Source of the DNA: an uncultured Chloroflexia bacterium
GTDB taxonomy: Bacteria; Chloroflexota; Limnocylindria; Limnocylindrales; CSP1-4
Direction of reading: 5' to 3'
NCBI GenBank assembly: GCA_963712745.1
Contig: CAVQJC010000001.1
Span: 192,001-256,000, forward strand
DNA length: 64,000 nt
Shown: one piece after another, positions 28,649 through 39,382 of the stretch
How positions within the stretch are numbered: the stretch's first letter is position 1
Layout of the letters: the number at the start of each line of letters is the position of its first letter
The notes under the pieces: generated by a model
Databases searched by the model: none
Told to the model about the DNA's origin: nothing
Seen by the model: only the letters and a program-made list of their open reading frames with translations
Made by a program: the position numbers and the translations under genes

Positions 28649-29692
28649 GTGACAGAACACCACCGCGTCGTCGTGTCTCACCACGGCGGGCCGGATGTGT
28701 TGCAGGTCGTGGAAGAGAAGCTCCCCGAGCCCGGGGCCGGCGAGGTCCGGGTGAGGGTCCTGGCCGCCGGGGTCTCTGCCTTCGATCTCATGTACCGCCG
28801 ATCGGGTCGGCTCCCAGGTTCGGCGAAGGTGCCGTTCACGCTGGGTGAGGACATCGTCGGCGTCGTGGACGAACTGGGCGATGGGGTGTCGGGACTCGAA
28901 CCGGCCCAGATGGTCGCCGGCGGGACGTGGGTACTCGGCCTCGGTGGGGGCTATGCCGAGTACGTCTGCCTGCCCGCAGGCGAGTTGGTGCCTGTCCCTG
29001 ACGGAGTGGATCCTGCCCAAGCCGTCTGCCTGGTGGCGAACTACCTCACCGCGCACCTGCACCTCCACGGTTGCGCCGATGTTCGGTCCGGCGAGCGCGT
29101 CCTCATCCACGGTGCGGCTGGAGGCATCGGCACGGCCCTGTTGGAGCTCGGCGGCCTGGCCGGGCTGGAGGTGTACGGCACGGCATCCGCGCGCAACCAG
29201 GAGCTCGTGGCCAGTCTCGGGGCCACGCCGATCGACTACCGCGCAGAGGACTTCGTCGAGCGCATCCACAGCCTGACCGGCGATGGAGTGGATGCCGTGA
29301 TCGACCCCGTCGGCGGCGCTCGCCAGCTGTGGCGCTCATGGCGGACCCTGCGCCGCGGCGGGCGGCTGGTGTGGCTGGGCTCGGCCGCAACGAAGGGGCG
29401 GACACCTTGGGCCGGTCTGCTGAGCTTGCCGATGATCGGCCTTCTCAGACTGATCCCGGATGGCAGGCGAGTGCCGCTCTGTCCGGACCTGGGCAAGTTC
29501 GCGAAGGCGCACCACGATTGGTACCGCGAGACCCTGGCTGGACTGCTCGACTCGCTGGCCGCGGGCGCGATCAAGCCGGTCGTGGCGGAGCGCATCCCTT
29601 TGGCCGAGGCCGCTCGTGCTCACGAACTGCTCGAGCGCGGCGGCCACGCCGGCAAGGTGGTCCTCGTGACCAGCGCCTGGTCGCAGAGGTAG
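28649..29692 (+). CDS. MDR family quinone oxidoreductase-like protein
   Basis: GGPDVLQ, GGYAEY, IHGAAGGIG, GKVVL. Confidence 0.88.
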   Translation: MTEHHRVVVSHHGGPDVLQVVEEKLPEPGAGEVRVRVLAAGVSAFDLMYRRSGRLPGSAKVPFTLGEDIVGVVDELGDGVSGLEPAQMVAGGTWVLGLGGGYAEYVCLPAGELVPVPDGVDPAQAVCLVANYLTAHLHLHGCADVRSGERVLIHGAAGGIGTALLELGGLAGLEVYGTASARNQELVASLGATPIDYRAEDFVERIHSLTGDGVDAVIDPVGGARQLWRSWRTLRRGGRLVWLGSAATKGRTPWAGLLSLPMIGLLRLIPDGRRVPLCPDLGKFAKAHHDWYRETLAGLLDSLAAGAIKPVVAERIPLAEAARAHELLERGGHAGKVVLVTSAWSQR

Positions 29693-29880
29693 CCACCGAC
29701 CATCACCAAGCCCCCACCGCCCTCGACGTAGTCGCGGATCGCCAGGAGACGATCCGACATTCACCACCGAGCGCTCGAACGTCTCTGGATGGAGCAGGAG
29801 CGTATTGGCACCGATGTCGCTGAGGACGACCACGTCCCAGGCTTGCAGCGCCTCGGGCGTGCCGGGGAACTCGGCCGAGC
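29687..29880 (-). pseudogene. fragment of a glutamine amidotransferase-like (DUF1355/GATase1_like) gene
   Basis: EFPGTPEALQAWDVVVLSDIGANTLLLHPETF, frameshift, then RLLAIRDYVEGGGGLVMVGGYL; no start or end. Confidence 0.65.
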
Positions 29881-29923
29881 GGAGGGCCCCACGCCATTGC
29901 GCGTTCGTGTGCGGGTTGCGGCC

Positions 29924-29974
29924 CCGCTTCAGGTCCGCTTCAGGTCCGCTTCAGGTCCGCTTCAGGTCCGCTTC
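29924..29974. repeat. 11-bp tandem repeat (ccgcttcaggt x4.6) spanning the hydrolase stop codon
   Basis: Seen directly; the unit contains the TGA of 29962-30834. Confidence 0.9.
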
Positions 29975-30834
29975 GAGCGGATGTAGGCGGCTGCCTCGTC
30001 CGGGTACCAGTAGAGCGCATGGCCGACCACCTCGATGCTGTCAGCGTCGGACCCGCGCACCGCGGCCAGGTGCGCGGCGATCTGCCGGAAGAGCGGGATC
30101 GAGGCTGCCCCGTAGGAGAAGCGGATGTCGGTCGGCGTCGACGACAAGCGTCGCTCGTCGAGGACCTCACGGGTGAGGATCGGGATGTCGTCACGCACGA
30201 AGGCCTCGGCGTTCGATCGCTCGCGCCCCGCGTACCACTCCTTCCCCGGGGGTGGGGCAAGGAAGCCGTGATCATCGGTCAACCCCGGTCCCGCGACCGC
30301 ACGCAGGAAGGCGTCGTAGGCCCCCGGCCAATCACCAGGGTGCTCGGTCAGGTACCGGGCGACCGCGTCGGCCGCGGGTCGGGCGAAACTCGCACCACCG
30401 GGGACGTTCCCGAAGTAGCCGGGCTCGAACACGAGGGCCAGTCGGATCCGGGACGGGTAGCGCAGCGCCAACTCCACCGCCACGATCCCGGCCGAGCTGC
30501 CACCGAAGACCACCGCATCATCGATCCCGAGTGCGTCGAGCAGCGCGGCGGCATCATCGGCATGCTGCATGGACCCTCGGCCGGGCCAGTCGTCCCTCCC
30601 GCTGCGCAGGGTGCCCCTGCGGTCATAGGTGACGACGAGGTGGCCCGGCAGTCGTTCGGCGACCGGCCGCCACCCTTCCGCGTCCTCGGCACCACCGGGG
30701 ATGATGAGGATGGCCGGGCCGTCGCCTCGGACCTCGGCGTAGATCTCGGTCCCACCCATCCGGACCCGCTCGACGCGAGGGCGTGGGGCGTCGGGCACTG
30801 CCTCAGGATTCGTCCGCCAGTCATCGGTCCTCAT
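29962..30834 (-). CDS. alpha/beta fold hydrolase
   Basis: YDRRG, GSSAG nucleophile elbow, C-terminal GH. Confidence 0.85.
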   Translation of the reverse strand: MRTDDWRTNPEAVPDAPRPRVERVRMGGTEIYAEVRGDGPAILIIPGGAEDAEGWRPVAERLPGHLVVTYDRRGTLRSGRDDWPGRGSMQHADDAAALLDALGIDDAVVFGGSSAGIVAVELALRYPSRIRLALVFEPGYFGNVPGGASFARPAADAVARYLTEHPGDWPGAYDAFLRAVAGPGLTDDHGFLAPPPGKEWYAGRERSNAEAFVRDDIPILTREVLDERRLSSTPTDIRFSYGAASIPLFRQIAAHLAAVRGSDADSIEVVGHALYWYPDEAAAYIRSKRT

Positions 30835-31064
30835 CGGTGAAGTCTACGAACGTCAGCCTGGCGGGGCAGGCAGGGGCTCGACCAGGCGCGGACTGCCGCT
30901 GGACGATGGTTCGTCCAGTCGGCCCATCCACCCACCAATCACAGCGTCGTGCTGGTCCCAGCTTGGGCGGGTCGCGGGCTCGAGGCCCGATTCGATCTGT
31001 TGACAGATGAGGATCGCACGAGACCGCCGACGTGACGCGAGCGATCGAGTGTGCGCAAGGTCGT

Positions 31065-31961
31065 TCAGCCTCCCCGGGCGAGCATCGCCTTCTGCGGATC
31101 GAGTCGGTCGCCGAGGGAGTCTGCGAGACCACGGAGCTGGTCGAGGTCGGAGCCGACCGGAACGAAGATGAGCTCGTCCGCCCCGGCCGCCTCGAACGCG
31201 TCTGTTGAGGCCCGCAACTCGGCGGCGTCGGCGGGGATGCCCTGGGCCATCCCTGGTCCCCAGTCGCCGTAGTAGTCCGACAGGTAGGTCGTGGCCCTCT
31301 CGCGGCCGCCCTCACCGAGCACGAAGTACGTGAGCGCCCAGAGCTTGGGTGCACCCTCGCGACCCGCGGCCATCCAGGCGGCGCGCGCCTGCTCGAAGAG
31401 GTCCTTGGCCTGAACCGGGCTCCCTCCACCGGCAGTGAAGCCGACGCCGTGAGCGGCGACGCGCCTGAAGGCAGCGGCAGCGGTGCCGCCGAAGGCCATC
31501 GGCACCGAGCGGCCGTCGGTCGGCGTCGGCGTCAGACCCTTCGTGGCACCCTCGACGAGCTCGCCGCGCCAGGCGCGCAGCATGTACTCGATCGCCTCGT
31601 CGAAGCGCTTGCCGCGCTCGCCATAGGCCTTGCCGGCGATCGTGAAGTCCTCCTCCCGCCAGCCGACGGCGAGACCCATCGTGAAGCGGCCCTCCGAGAT
31701 CTGGTCAAGGCCTGCTGCGAGCTTGGCCAGCAACGCCTTGTCGTAGACGGGGCCGATGGCCGTGTTCGTGAAGAGCTCGATGCGCTCGGTGACGGCCGCG
31801 GCCGCAGTGAGTGCCTGGAATTCCTCGTAGGTCGGGAAGACGAGGCGGCCGATCGTCGCGAGTGTCGAGAAGCCGAGTCCCTCCGCCTCCCTCGCCCATT
31901 CGACGAGACGGCGACCTGGGGTGTCTGGGATCGTGTTGGGCAGGCCGACTCCGATGCGCAC
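31065..31961 (-). CDS. LLM class flavin-dependent oxidoreductase
   Basis: AREAEGLGF, AAAVTERIEL, LDQISEGRFTMGLAVGWRE; GTG start after aaggga. Confidence 0.88.
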   Translation of the reverse strand: MRIGVGLPNTIPDTPGRRLVEWAREAEGLGFSTLATIGRLVFPTYEEFQALTAAAAVTERIELFTNTAIGPVYDKALLAKLAAGLDQISEGRFTMGLAVGWREEDFTIAGKAYGERGKRFDEAIEYMLRAWRGELVEGATKGLTPTPTDGRSVPMAFGGTAAAAFRRVAAHGVGFTAGGGSPVQAKDLFEQARAAWMAAGREGAPKLWALTYFVLGEGGRERATTYLSDYYGDWGPGMAQGIPADAAELRASTDAFEAAGADELIFVPVGSDLDQLRGLADSLGDRLDPQKAMLARGG

Positions 31962-32072
31962 GTCAGGGTCCCTTTCGTCGCAGATGTGGTTCATGGCGAT
32001 GACATCAGACCGCAGGGGCCGACGCGGATTGGTTGCGTCCGCAAGGATAGTCGACCGCAGCTTTGCCTGCCA

Positions 32073-32182
32073 ATCAAGACCATCCCCGCACTCTCATCTG
32101 GCCCCTGATCCGATGGCGCGAGGTCGACATGTTCGAGGCTACGGACGAGGAGCGGGTCAAGCCCGAGACGGCCCTCGCCTGA
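32073..32182 (+). pseudogene. displaced lemA 3' end with its own stop codon
   Basis: Encodes ...WREVDMFEATDEERVKPETALA* versus ...VKPETVLYEAH* in the intact gene. Confidence 0.75.
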
Positions 32183-32380
32183 CCGGGCTCAGGAGCGGCG
32201 CGGTGCTGAGCCGTTCGGCACTTGACCGCTTCGACCCGGAGCCCAAGGATGGTCCCCGCGAGGCGGCGGTGCGCATGCTCTCGATGGTCGCTTCTGCGGG
32301 AAAGGCCACGGGATCGATGGCCACCCGGCAGGCGGCATGGTGGGGGCGGCCGCGGACCTCCGAGTTCGGAGGACTCTCAG

Positions 32381-33178
32381 ATGGGCTCCAGGCGATCCCT
32401 CGGATCCTTGCTTGCGTGTGCGACGGCTGTTTCGATGTTGGCTGTGCTCATCAGCGCGGGCCCAGTCTCTGCCGCTGCACCGGGGAATGACGACCGCGCA
32501 TCAGCGACGGTCGTCGGAGGGCTGCCCTTCCGCGACAGGCCCGATACCTCCGAGGCCACACGCCAGGCGTCGGACCCCGACTGCTTCGCGGAGGGGAACA
32601 ACCACTCGGTGTGGTACTCGTTCACGCCGAAGAGGAGCGGCTACTACCTCGCCCGCACGGCCAAGCCCGAGTACTGGGCCACGCTCACCCTCTCCGAGGT
32701 GAAGGCTGGCGGTGGCCTCCGCATCCTCGACTGCCAGGACTACGGCTGGAACGATCTGACCTGGAAGGCACGGGCAGGGACCACGTACCTGTTCATGGTG
32801 GGAGCCGCGTACGGCGAACCTGGCGGCAGAGTGGTGTTCCGGGTCATGCGGACCCCGCCGCCGCCGACCGTCAGTGTGGTGCTCACGAAGCGTCCGCGAC
32901 TGACCGACACGGGGTGGGTCAGGTTGCAGGGCGAGGTCCGGTGCACCGGCGTCGAGTACGCGGAGCTCTCCGCCAAGGCACGCCAGTATTGGGGGCGGTT
33001 CATCATCCGAGCCCACGGGTCGAAGACTGTCTCGTGCGGGTCAACGTGGCGTATGTCGCTGCGCGGCGACCTCCTCAAGTTCGGCCCCGGCAGGGTCAAG
33101 GTCACGGTCAAGGCGGGCGCCTGCAACATCGTGGGCTGCGACTCCGACAGGATCGTCCGCCGCGTCCCGCTCAGGTAG
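32381..33178 (+). CDS. secreted protein with PPC-like beta-sandwich domain
   Basis: Signal peptide, PGNDDRASA, SVWYSFTP, AGTTYLFMVG. Confidence 0.65.
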   Translation: MGSRRSLGSLLACATAVSMLAVLISAGPVSAAAPGNDDRASATVVGGLPFRDRPDTSEATRQASDPDCFAEGNNHSVWYSFTPKRSGYYLARTAKPEYWATLTLSEVKAGGGLRILDCQDYGWNDLTWKARAGTTYLFMVGAAYGEPGGRVVFRVMRTPPPPTVSVVLTKRPRLTDTGWVRLQGEVRCTGVEYAELSAKARQYWGRFIIRAHGSKTVSCGSTWRMSLRGDLLKFGPGRVKVTVKAGACNIVGCDSDRIVRRVPLR

Positions 33179-33400
33179 GCAGCACGACTTCATGGTCAGT
33201 CGCGGAGTGAGAGCGCCCGCACGCAACGGATCTGCACGGAGTCGTGAGGCCGCGAAGCCTCGCCAAGCGCACCGGCACATGGGCAACTTCCACGGAGCCT
33301 AAGTCCAGATCCCGTCGAGCCGGTCGAGCCCGTTCCCTACGCCAGCGACCATCAGGACCGCGCGAGGATGGCCGGCGTCATGCGGGCTCTGGAAACAAGA

Positions 33401-33432
33401 ATAGAGACCGGCCGTCTCCGGCCGGTCTCTAT
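33401..33432. terminator. hairpin terminator between convergent genes
   Basis: atagagaccggccg-tctc-cggccggtctctat, 14-bp perfect stem. Confidence 0.75.
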
Positions 33433-33450
33433 GTAGCGGATGTGAAGTGG

Positions 33451-34176
33451 CTAGGTGATGATGTCGAGGGCAGTGCGGAAGAACACCAGACTGAAGTTGC
33501 TGGGATCGCTCCCTACGGCCACGTAGTGGTTGATCTTGCCAGCCTTGGTGGCCCGGTACACAGGGCCGATGATCGGCTTGATGGTGCCGGGTGCAGCGAT
33601 CCAGGTGGACCACTGCGTGGGCGGAGCGAAGAGACCCACTGCGGTGCCCCTGCGCAGGCCCTCGACCGTGGGCGTGGGCGAGCTGGGAGCCACGACGACG
33701 GTGGCGGCGTAGACATCGACCTTGCCAGCGCGTGCAGCATGGGTTGCGATGATGGCCGAGGTCGTCCCGATGGACGTGCTGACCGGGCTGACGCCGAGCG
33801 AAGCTGCGTGGTCGAAGATGCGGAGGCCGGGCTTACCGTTCTTGAAGCCGGCCACGACCGTCAGATTCTCGGTCCCGGTCAGAGCGGTCTTGAGCTTGAG
33901 CAGGGTCTCACCCTTGCAGGGCTTGGCGCCAACAGCTTGCTTCACCGTGACCTTGTACTTGCCGGCGGGGAGCGCATTGTCCAGAACGATCTTCTGGGCG
34001 TACTTGAAGTCCTTCTGGAGGACGCCGCCGTTGACGCAGACGTCGACCTTCACCCCTGGGATGCCATGGACGATAGCGAGCGTTGCCGCCGGAGCGGCTG
34101 CAGCCGGCGCGCCCATGGCGCCGATGACCAGGGCCATGGCGGCCGACGCCATCATCAGGTTTCGCAAACGCTTCAT
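33451..34176 (-). CDS. secreted DUF4397-like protein (paralog 1)
   Basis: Signal peptide; VHGIPGVKVDVCVNG, HAARAGKVDVY. Confidence 0.75.
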   Translation of the reverse strand: MKRLRNLMMASAAMALVIGAMGAPAAAAPAATLAIVHGIPGVKVDVCVNGGVLQKDFKYAQKIVLDNALPAGKYKVTVKQAVGAKPCKGETLLKLKTALTGTENLTVVAGFKNGKPGLRIFDHAASLGVSPVSTSIGTTSAIIATHAARAGKVDVYAATVVVAPSSPTPTVEGLRRGTAVGLFAPPTQWSTWIAAPGTIKPIIGPVYRATKAGKINHYVAVGSDPSNFSLVFFRTALDIIT

Positions 34177-34238
34177 CTTGTTGTATGTCCTCTTTGCGAC
34201 GAGTAGGTCTCGTCTGTCGTAGCCACAGGTTAACTGTT

Positions 34239-34266
34239 TGTCCAAAGTATGTCAAAACTATGTCTA
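34239..34266. promoter_or_regulatory. three 11-bp-phased TGTCNA boxes (OmpR/PhoB-type site)
   Basis: tgtcca-aagta-tgtcaa-aacta-tgtcta in an AT-rich patch ~65 bp upstream of paralog 1. Confidence 0.45.
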
Positions 34267-34367
34267 ATATCGGGAGGATCGGAGCGTGGGCTCGACCTCA
34301 CCCTCGACGGTCTGGAACGCCGCCTTGCCGCTTCGACCGACCGAGCGATCAACCTGTGAGGCAGACG

Positions 34368-34457
34368 AACACGCGCCGGGTCGGCCCCGTGGGGCCAGCC
34401 CGGCGCGTGTTGCTGAACCGGCGCGTGCGGCTGAACCGGCGCGTGTTGCTGAACCGG
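34368..34457. repeat. terminator hairpin whose arm is expanded into an 18-bp tandem repeat (x3)
   Basis: aacacgcgccggg...cccggcgcgtgtt stem; ccggcgcgtgttgctgaa-type units at 34400, 34418, 34436. Confidence 0.75.
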
Positions 34458-34472
34458 TTCGGACAGCAACGA

Positions 34473-35171
34473 CTAGAAATCTGGCCAGCGATAGAACTTG
34501 AGCCTCATGTTCTTCCGCGTGTCGCCCATGAAGACGAGCTGGTAGCCCCAGCCTGCGTCGAGGTTCCTGGCCGTGGACTCCGAGGACCACTTCCGCGACA
34601 CCGCGGTCGGGAAGACCGAAGCCACCGTGTAGCGCTCCTTGACGACGATGTCCTTGCTGACGTTGCCCTTGCGCAGGGTGTCGACCGTCGGGCCGAGCTT
34701 GATCGCGGCCGGTGCCGGGACCGCCTGCCAGAGCCAGACATCGATGGCATTGGCCTTGGCCGCGTGCACGACCTTCACTGCCGCCTCATCGGCTGCGAGC
34801 GCCACGGGCTTGTTCTGGTAGATCCGCATCTTGACGACCGACTTGGGCATGCTGTACACGATGGTGTACGTGGCTCCCTCCGCGAAGTCGAACGAGAACG
34901 TAGCCAGGCGCTTGCCCGTGCACTTGCCGGGAGCCGCCTTCTTGATCTTCCAGGTGGTGGGGCCCGGGACGATCGTATCCCGGCGCGCGGACTTGCCGTA
35001 GCGGAAGTTGCTCAGATACTCCTTGCCGCCCGCGCAGATGTCGATCGCGGTGCCGGGGATGGCGTTGATCTCGAGCGCCCTTGCCGGCTCGGGAGCCGCG
35101 GATGCCGGTACCGCCAGGATGCCCAGGGCCAGGGTCGCGCCCACGGCCGCAAGCACCAGCTTTCGAAGCAT
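34473..35171 (-). CDS. secreted DUF4397-like protein (paralog 2, diverged)
   Basis: Signal peptide; INAIPGTAIDICAGG, VHAAKANAIDVW. Confidence 0.7.
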   Translation of the reverse strand: MLRKLVLAAVGATLALGILAVPASAAPEPARALEINAIPGTAIDICAGGKEYLSNFRYGKSARRDTIVPGPTTWKIKKAAPGKCTGKRLATFSFDFAEGATYTIVYSMPKSVVKMRIYQNKPVALAADEAAVKVVHAAKANAIDVWLWQAVPAPAAIKLGPTVDTLRKGNVSKDIVVKERYTVASVFPTAVSRKWSSESTARNLDAGWGYQLVFMGDTRKNMRLKFYRWPDF

Positions 35172-35353
35172 TGGTATCCCCCTTCTGCGATCACTCGCGG
35201 CCCCGTTCGGGGTCGTATGCCGTGGATGGTGCGCTCGTGATCCCCCCATTGCAAGTGACCTCCGGCCTGGCGACAGAGGGGACTACGCGGCGGAGAAGCA
35301 TCGGTGAAGGCCCACGGAAGTGAGCATGAAGACGGAGCCGCCATCCTCGGGCC

Positions 35354-36007
35354 ATGGCAGCCCACGAGAAGCGAACCGACCGGGCAGAACGCAAGGCGCA
35401 GCGCGCGCTCACGGACCTGGGCCGGGAGCTTCGACTCGCCCGGCTCAACCACGACCTCAGCCAGACGACGGCGGGCGACGCTGCCCGCCTCTCGCACGCT
35501 ACCTGGAGTCGCATCGAGCGCGGCGCCGCCATGGGACTGGGCGTGGTCGACCTCGCCCGTGCGCTTTCCGTGGTCGGGCTCGATCTGCACATCCGGGCAT
35601 TTCCGGATGGGGCCGTCGTTCGGGATGCTGCGCACGTCCGGCTGCTCGAGAAGTTGCGCCGATGCTTGGGCCCAGGTGCCGGCTGGGCGACCGAGGTTCC
35701 GCTACCCGTGCCAGGTGACCGACGTTCCTGGGATGCCGTCGTGAAGATGGCACCGATCCGCGTCGGCATCGAGGCGGAGACGCGGGCGCGTGACAGCCAG
35801 GAGTTGCAGCGACGGGTGAACGGGAAGCGCCGGGACGGCGGAGTCGACCGCGTGGTCCTCTTGCTCGCGGATACCCGGCACAACCGGGCGTTCCTGCGTG
35901 CCGCCGGCGAGGGCTTCCGGTCCGACTACCCGGTGGACGGCCACGAGGCGCTACGGCGCCTGGCCGTGCCGCGCGACCCTGGCGGCGACTCGATCATCCT
36001 GCTCTGA
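35354..36007 (+). CDS. XRE-type HTH fused to a PD-(D/E)XK-like nuclease domain
   Basis: LRLARLNHDLSQ...WSRIERG HTH; EVPL...WDAVV...IEAETR catalytic-like pattern; CATCCT 6 nt before the ATG. Confidence 0.65.
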   Translation: MAAHEKRTDRAERKAQRALTDLGRELRLARLNHDLSQTTAGDAARLSHATWSRIERGAAMGLGVVDLARALSVVGLDLHIRAFPDGAVVRDAAHVRLLEKLRRCLGPGAGWATEVPLPVPGDRRSWDAVVKMAPIRVGIEAETRARDSQELQRRVNGKRRDGGVDRVVLLLADTRHNRAFLRAAGEGFRSDYPVDGHEALRRLAVPRDPGGDSIILL

Positions 36008-36508
36008 AGTCCCGAGCGCTGCTCGCCACGCGAGCGATCGCGACGTGTCCGCAGCTCCATCAGCGGTTCGTGCTCCTCACGTGAGCAGCGGTGTCAGCAC
36101 CGATCACCTGGAGAGCAGGACCGGCAAGTCCCGGAGCCGTGGAGTCGAGATCGCTCGCGGGGTGAGCACGGACCGGTGGCGGGAAGGAGCGGCAAGACCG
36201 GCGGGAGGGAACGGCGGATCCAGAACGGATCAGGCAGCGAAGCGGCCGCGCCACTGCTGCCGAATACGCCCCGGCCCGGGGCTACTCCAGGTAGTGCCAA
36301 AGCGTGTTCGCGGGTGTCCATCTACCTACGGATCATGCTCAAGCCGGGCCGGACGGGTGTCGGTATAGGGTGCCAGCTAGCCGACAGCGGGTTGAGGCCA
36401 CGACCGCATCGCGCGGTTGGCAATGAAGGTCTTGTTTCGAGCTCGAACAAGCGCTAGCGTTGCTCCCAGAGGGAGAACCCCTTGTCATCGGAGGAAGGAG
36501 AGTCGCAT

Positions 36509-37237
36509 ATGCAACGACTTCGGAGTCTGGCCATCGGGTTGGCGGCCACGGCCTTGCTGATCGGCGCCATGGGTGCGCCCGCGACAGCCGCCACGGGAGC
36601 AACGGTCGCGGTGGTCCATGGCATCCCTGGCGTGAAGGTCGATGTCTGCGTCAACGGCGCGGTGCTAGTGAAGGACTTCAAGTACGCTCAGAAGGTCGTC
36701 CTCGACAACGCGCTCCCCGCGGGCAAGTACAAGTTCGTGGTCAAGCTCGCGAAGAACGCGAAGACCTGCCAGGGCGCGACCGTGATCAAGCAGAAGGTGA
36801 CCCTGACCGGTGCGGAGAACCTCACCGTCGTGGCAGCCTACGTGAAGGGTGAGCCCGGCTTCCGCATCTTCGACCATCTCGATGCACTGGCCGCCAGCCC
36901 CGTCAGCACATCGGTTGATATCTCGGGCATCATCATGGCCCACGCCTCGCGGGCCGGCAAGGTCGATGCCTTCGCCTCCCTCATCATCCCCGAAGCGTTT
37001 CCTGCCTCCAAGGCCACCTTCCCCGGCCTGAAGCGGGGCAAATCGGACGGGCTGGTCATCGGAGGACCCACGTACGACTGGGTCACGTGGTTCTCAGAGC
37101 CCGGCAAGACCAAGCCGTTCATCGGCCCCAAGTACAAGAACACGAGGTCTGGCCAGCTCAACCACTATGTGCTGGTCGGCGACGCGGCCAGCAACTACAC
37201 GATCGTCTTCTTCCGCACGGTCTTCGACCTCGACTAG
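36509..37237 (+). CDS. secreted DUF4397-like protein (paralog 3)
   Basis: Long identical blocks shared with paralog 1 (VHGIPGVKVDVCVNG, KDFKYAQK, LDNALPAGKYK); strong RBS. Confidence 0.78.
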   Translation: MQRLRSLAIGLAATALLIGAMGAPATAATGATVAVVHGIPGVKVDVCVNGAVLVKDFKYAQKVVLDNALPAGKYKFVVKLAKNAKTCQGATVIKQKVTLTGAENLTVVAAYVKGEPGFRIFDHLDALAASPVSTSVDISGIIMAHASRAGKVDAFASLIIPEAFPASKATFPGLKRGKSDGLVIGGPTYDWVTWFSEPGKTKPFIGPKYKNTRSGQLNHYVLVGDAASNYTIVFFRTVFDLD

Positions 37238-37257
37238 CGCCGACACGCTCGCACCAG

Positions 37258-37285
37258 GAAGGCCGGCCGGCAACGGCCGGTCTTC
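37258..37285 (+). terminator. intrinsic terminator
   Basis: gaaggccggccg-gcaa-cggccggtcttc GNRA hairpin. Confidence 0.7.
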
Positions 37286-37516
37286 TCGTATCTGCGCGAT
37301 CTGCGCGGTCCGTGGTCTCGTCGGAGGCTGGGACCGGCTAGCGGCCCCATCACCCTTGCGGGCTCTGGGCTTGGTGGTAGCCTCCGTCATGGTCGCTGGC
37401 CTCCTGGCTAGGCTTGCGTCCTTGGACGGCCCCGGTGTCTGCCGGTGGCCATCCGTCTATGAAGGGATACTCCGAGATAGAGTGCCAGATAAGGTGTCCG
37501 TGCTGAGTGATAGGCG

Positions 37517-39371
<1,855 letters not shown>

Positions 39372-39382
<11 letters not shown>

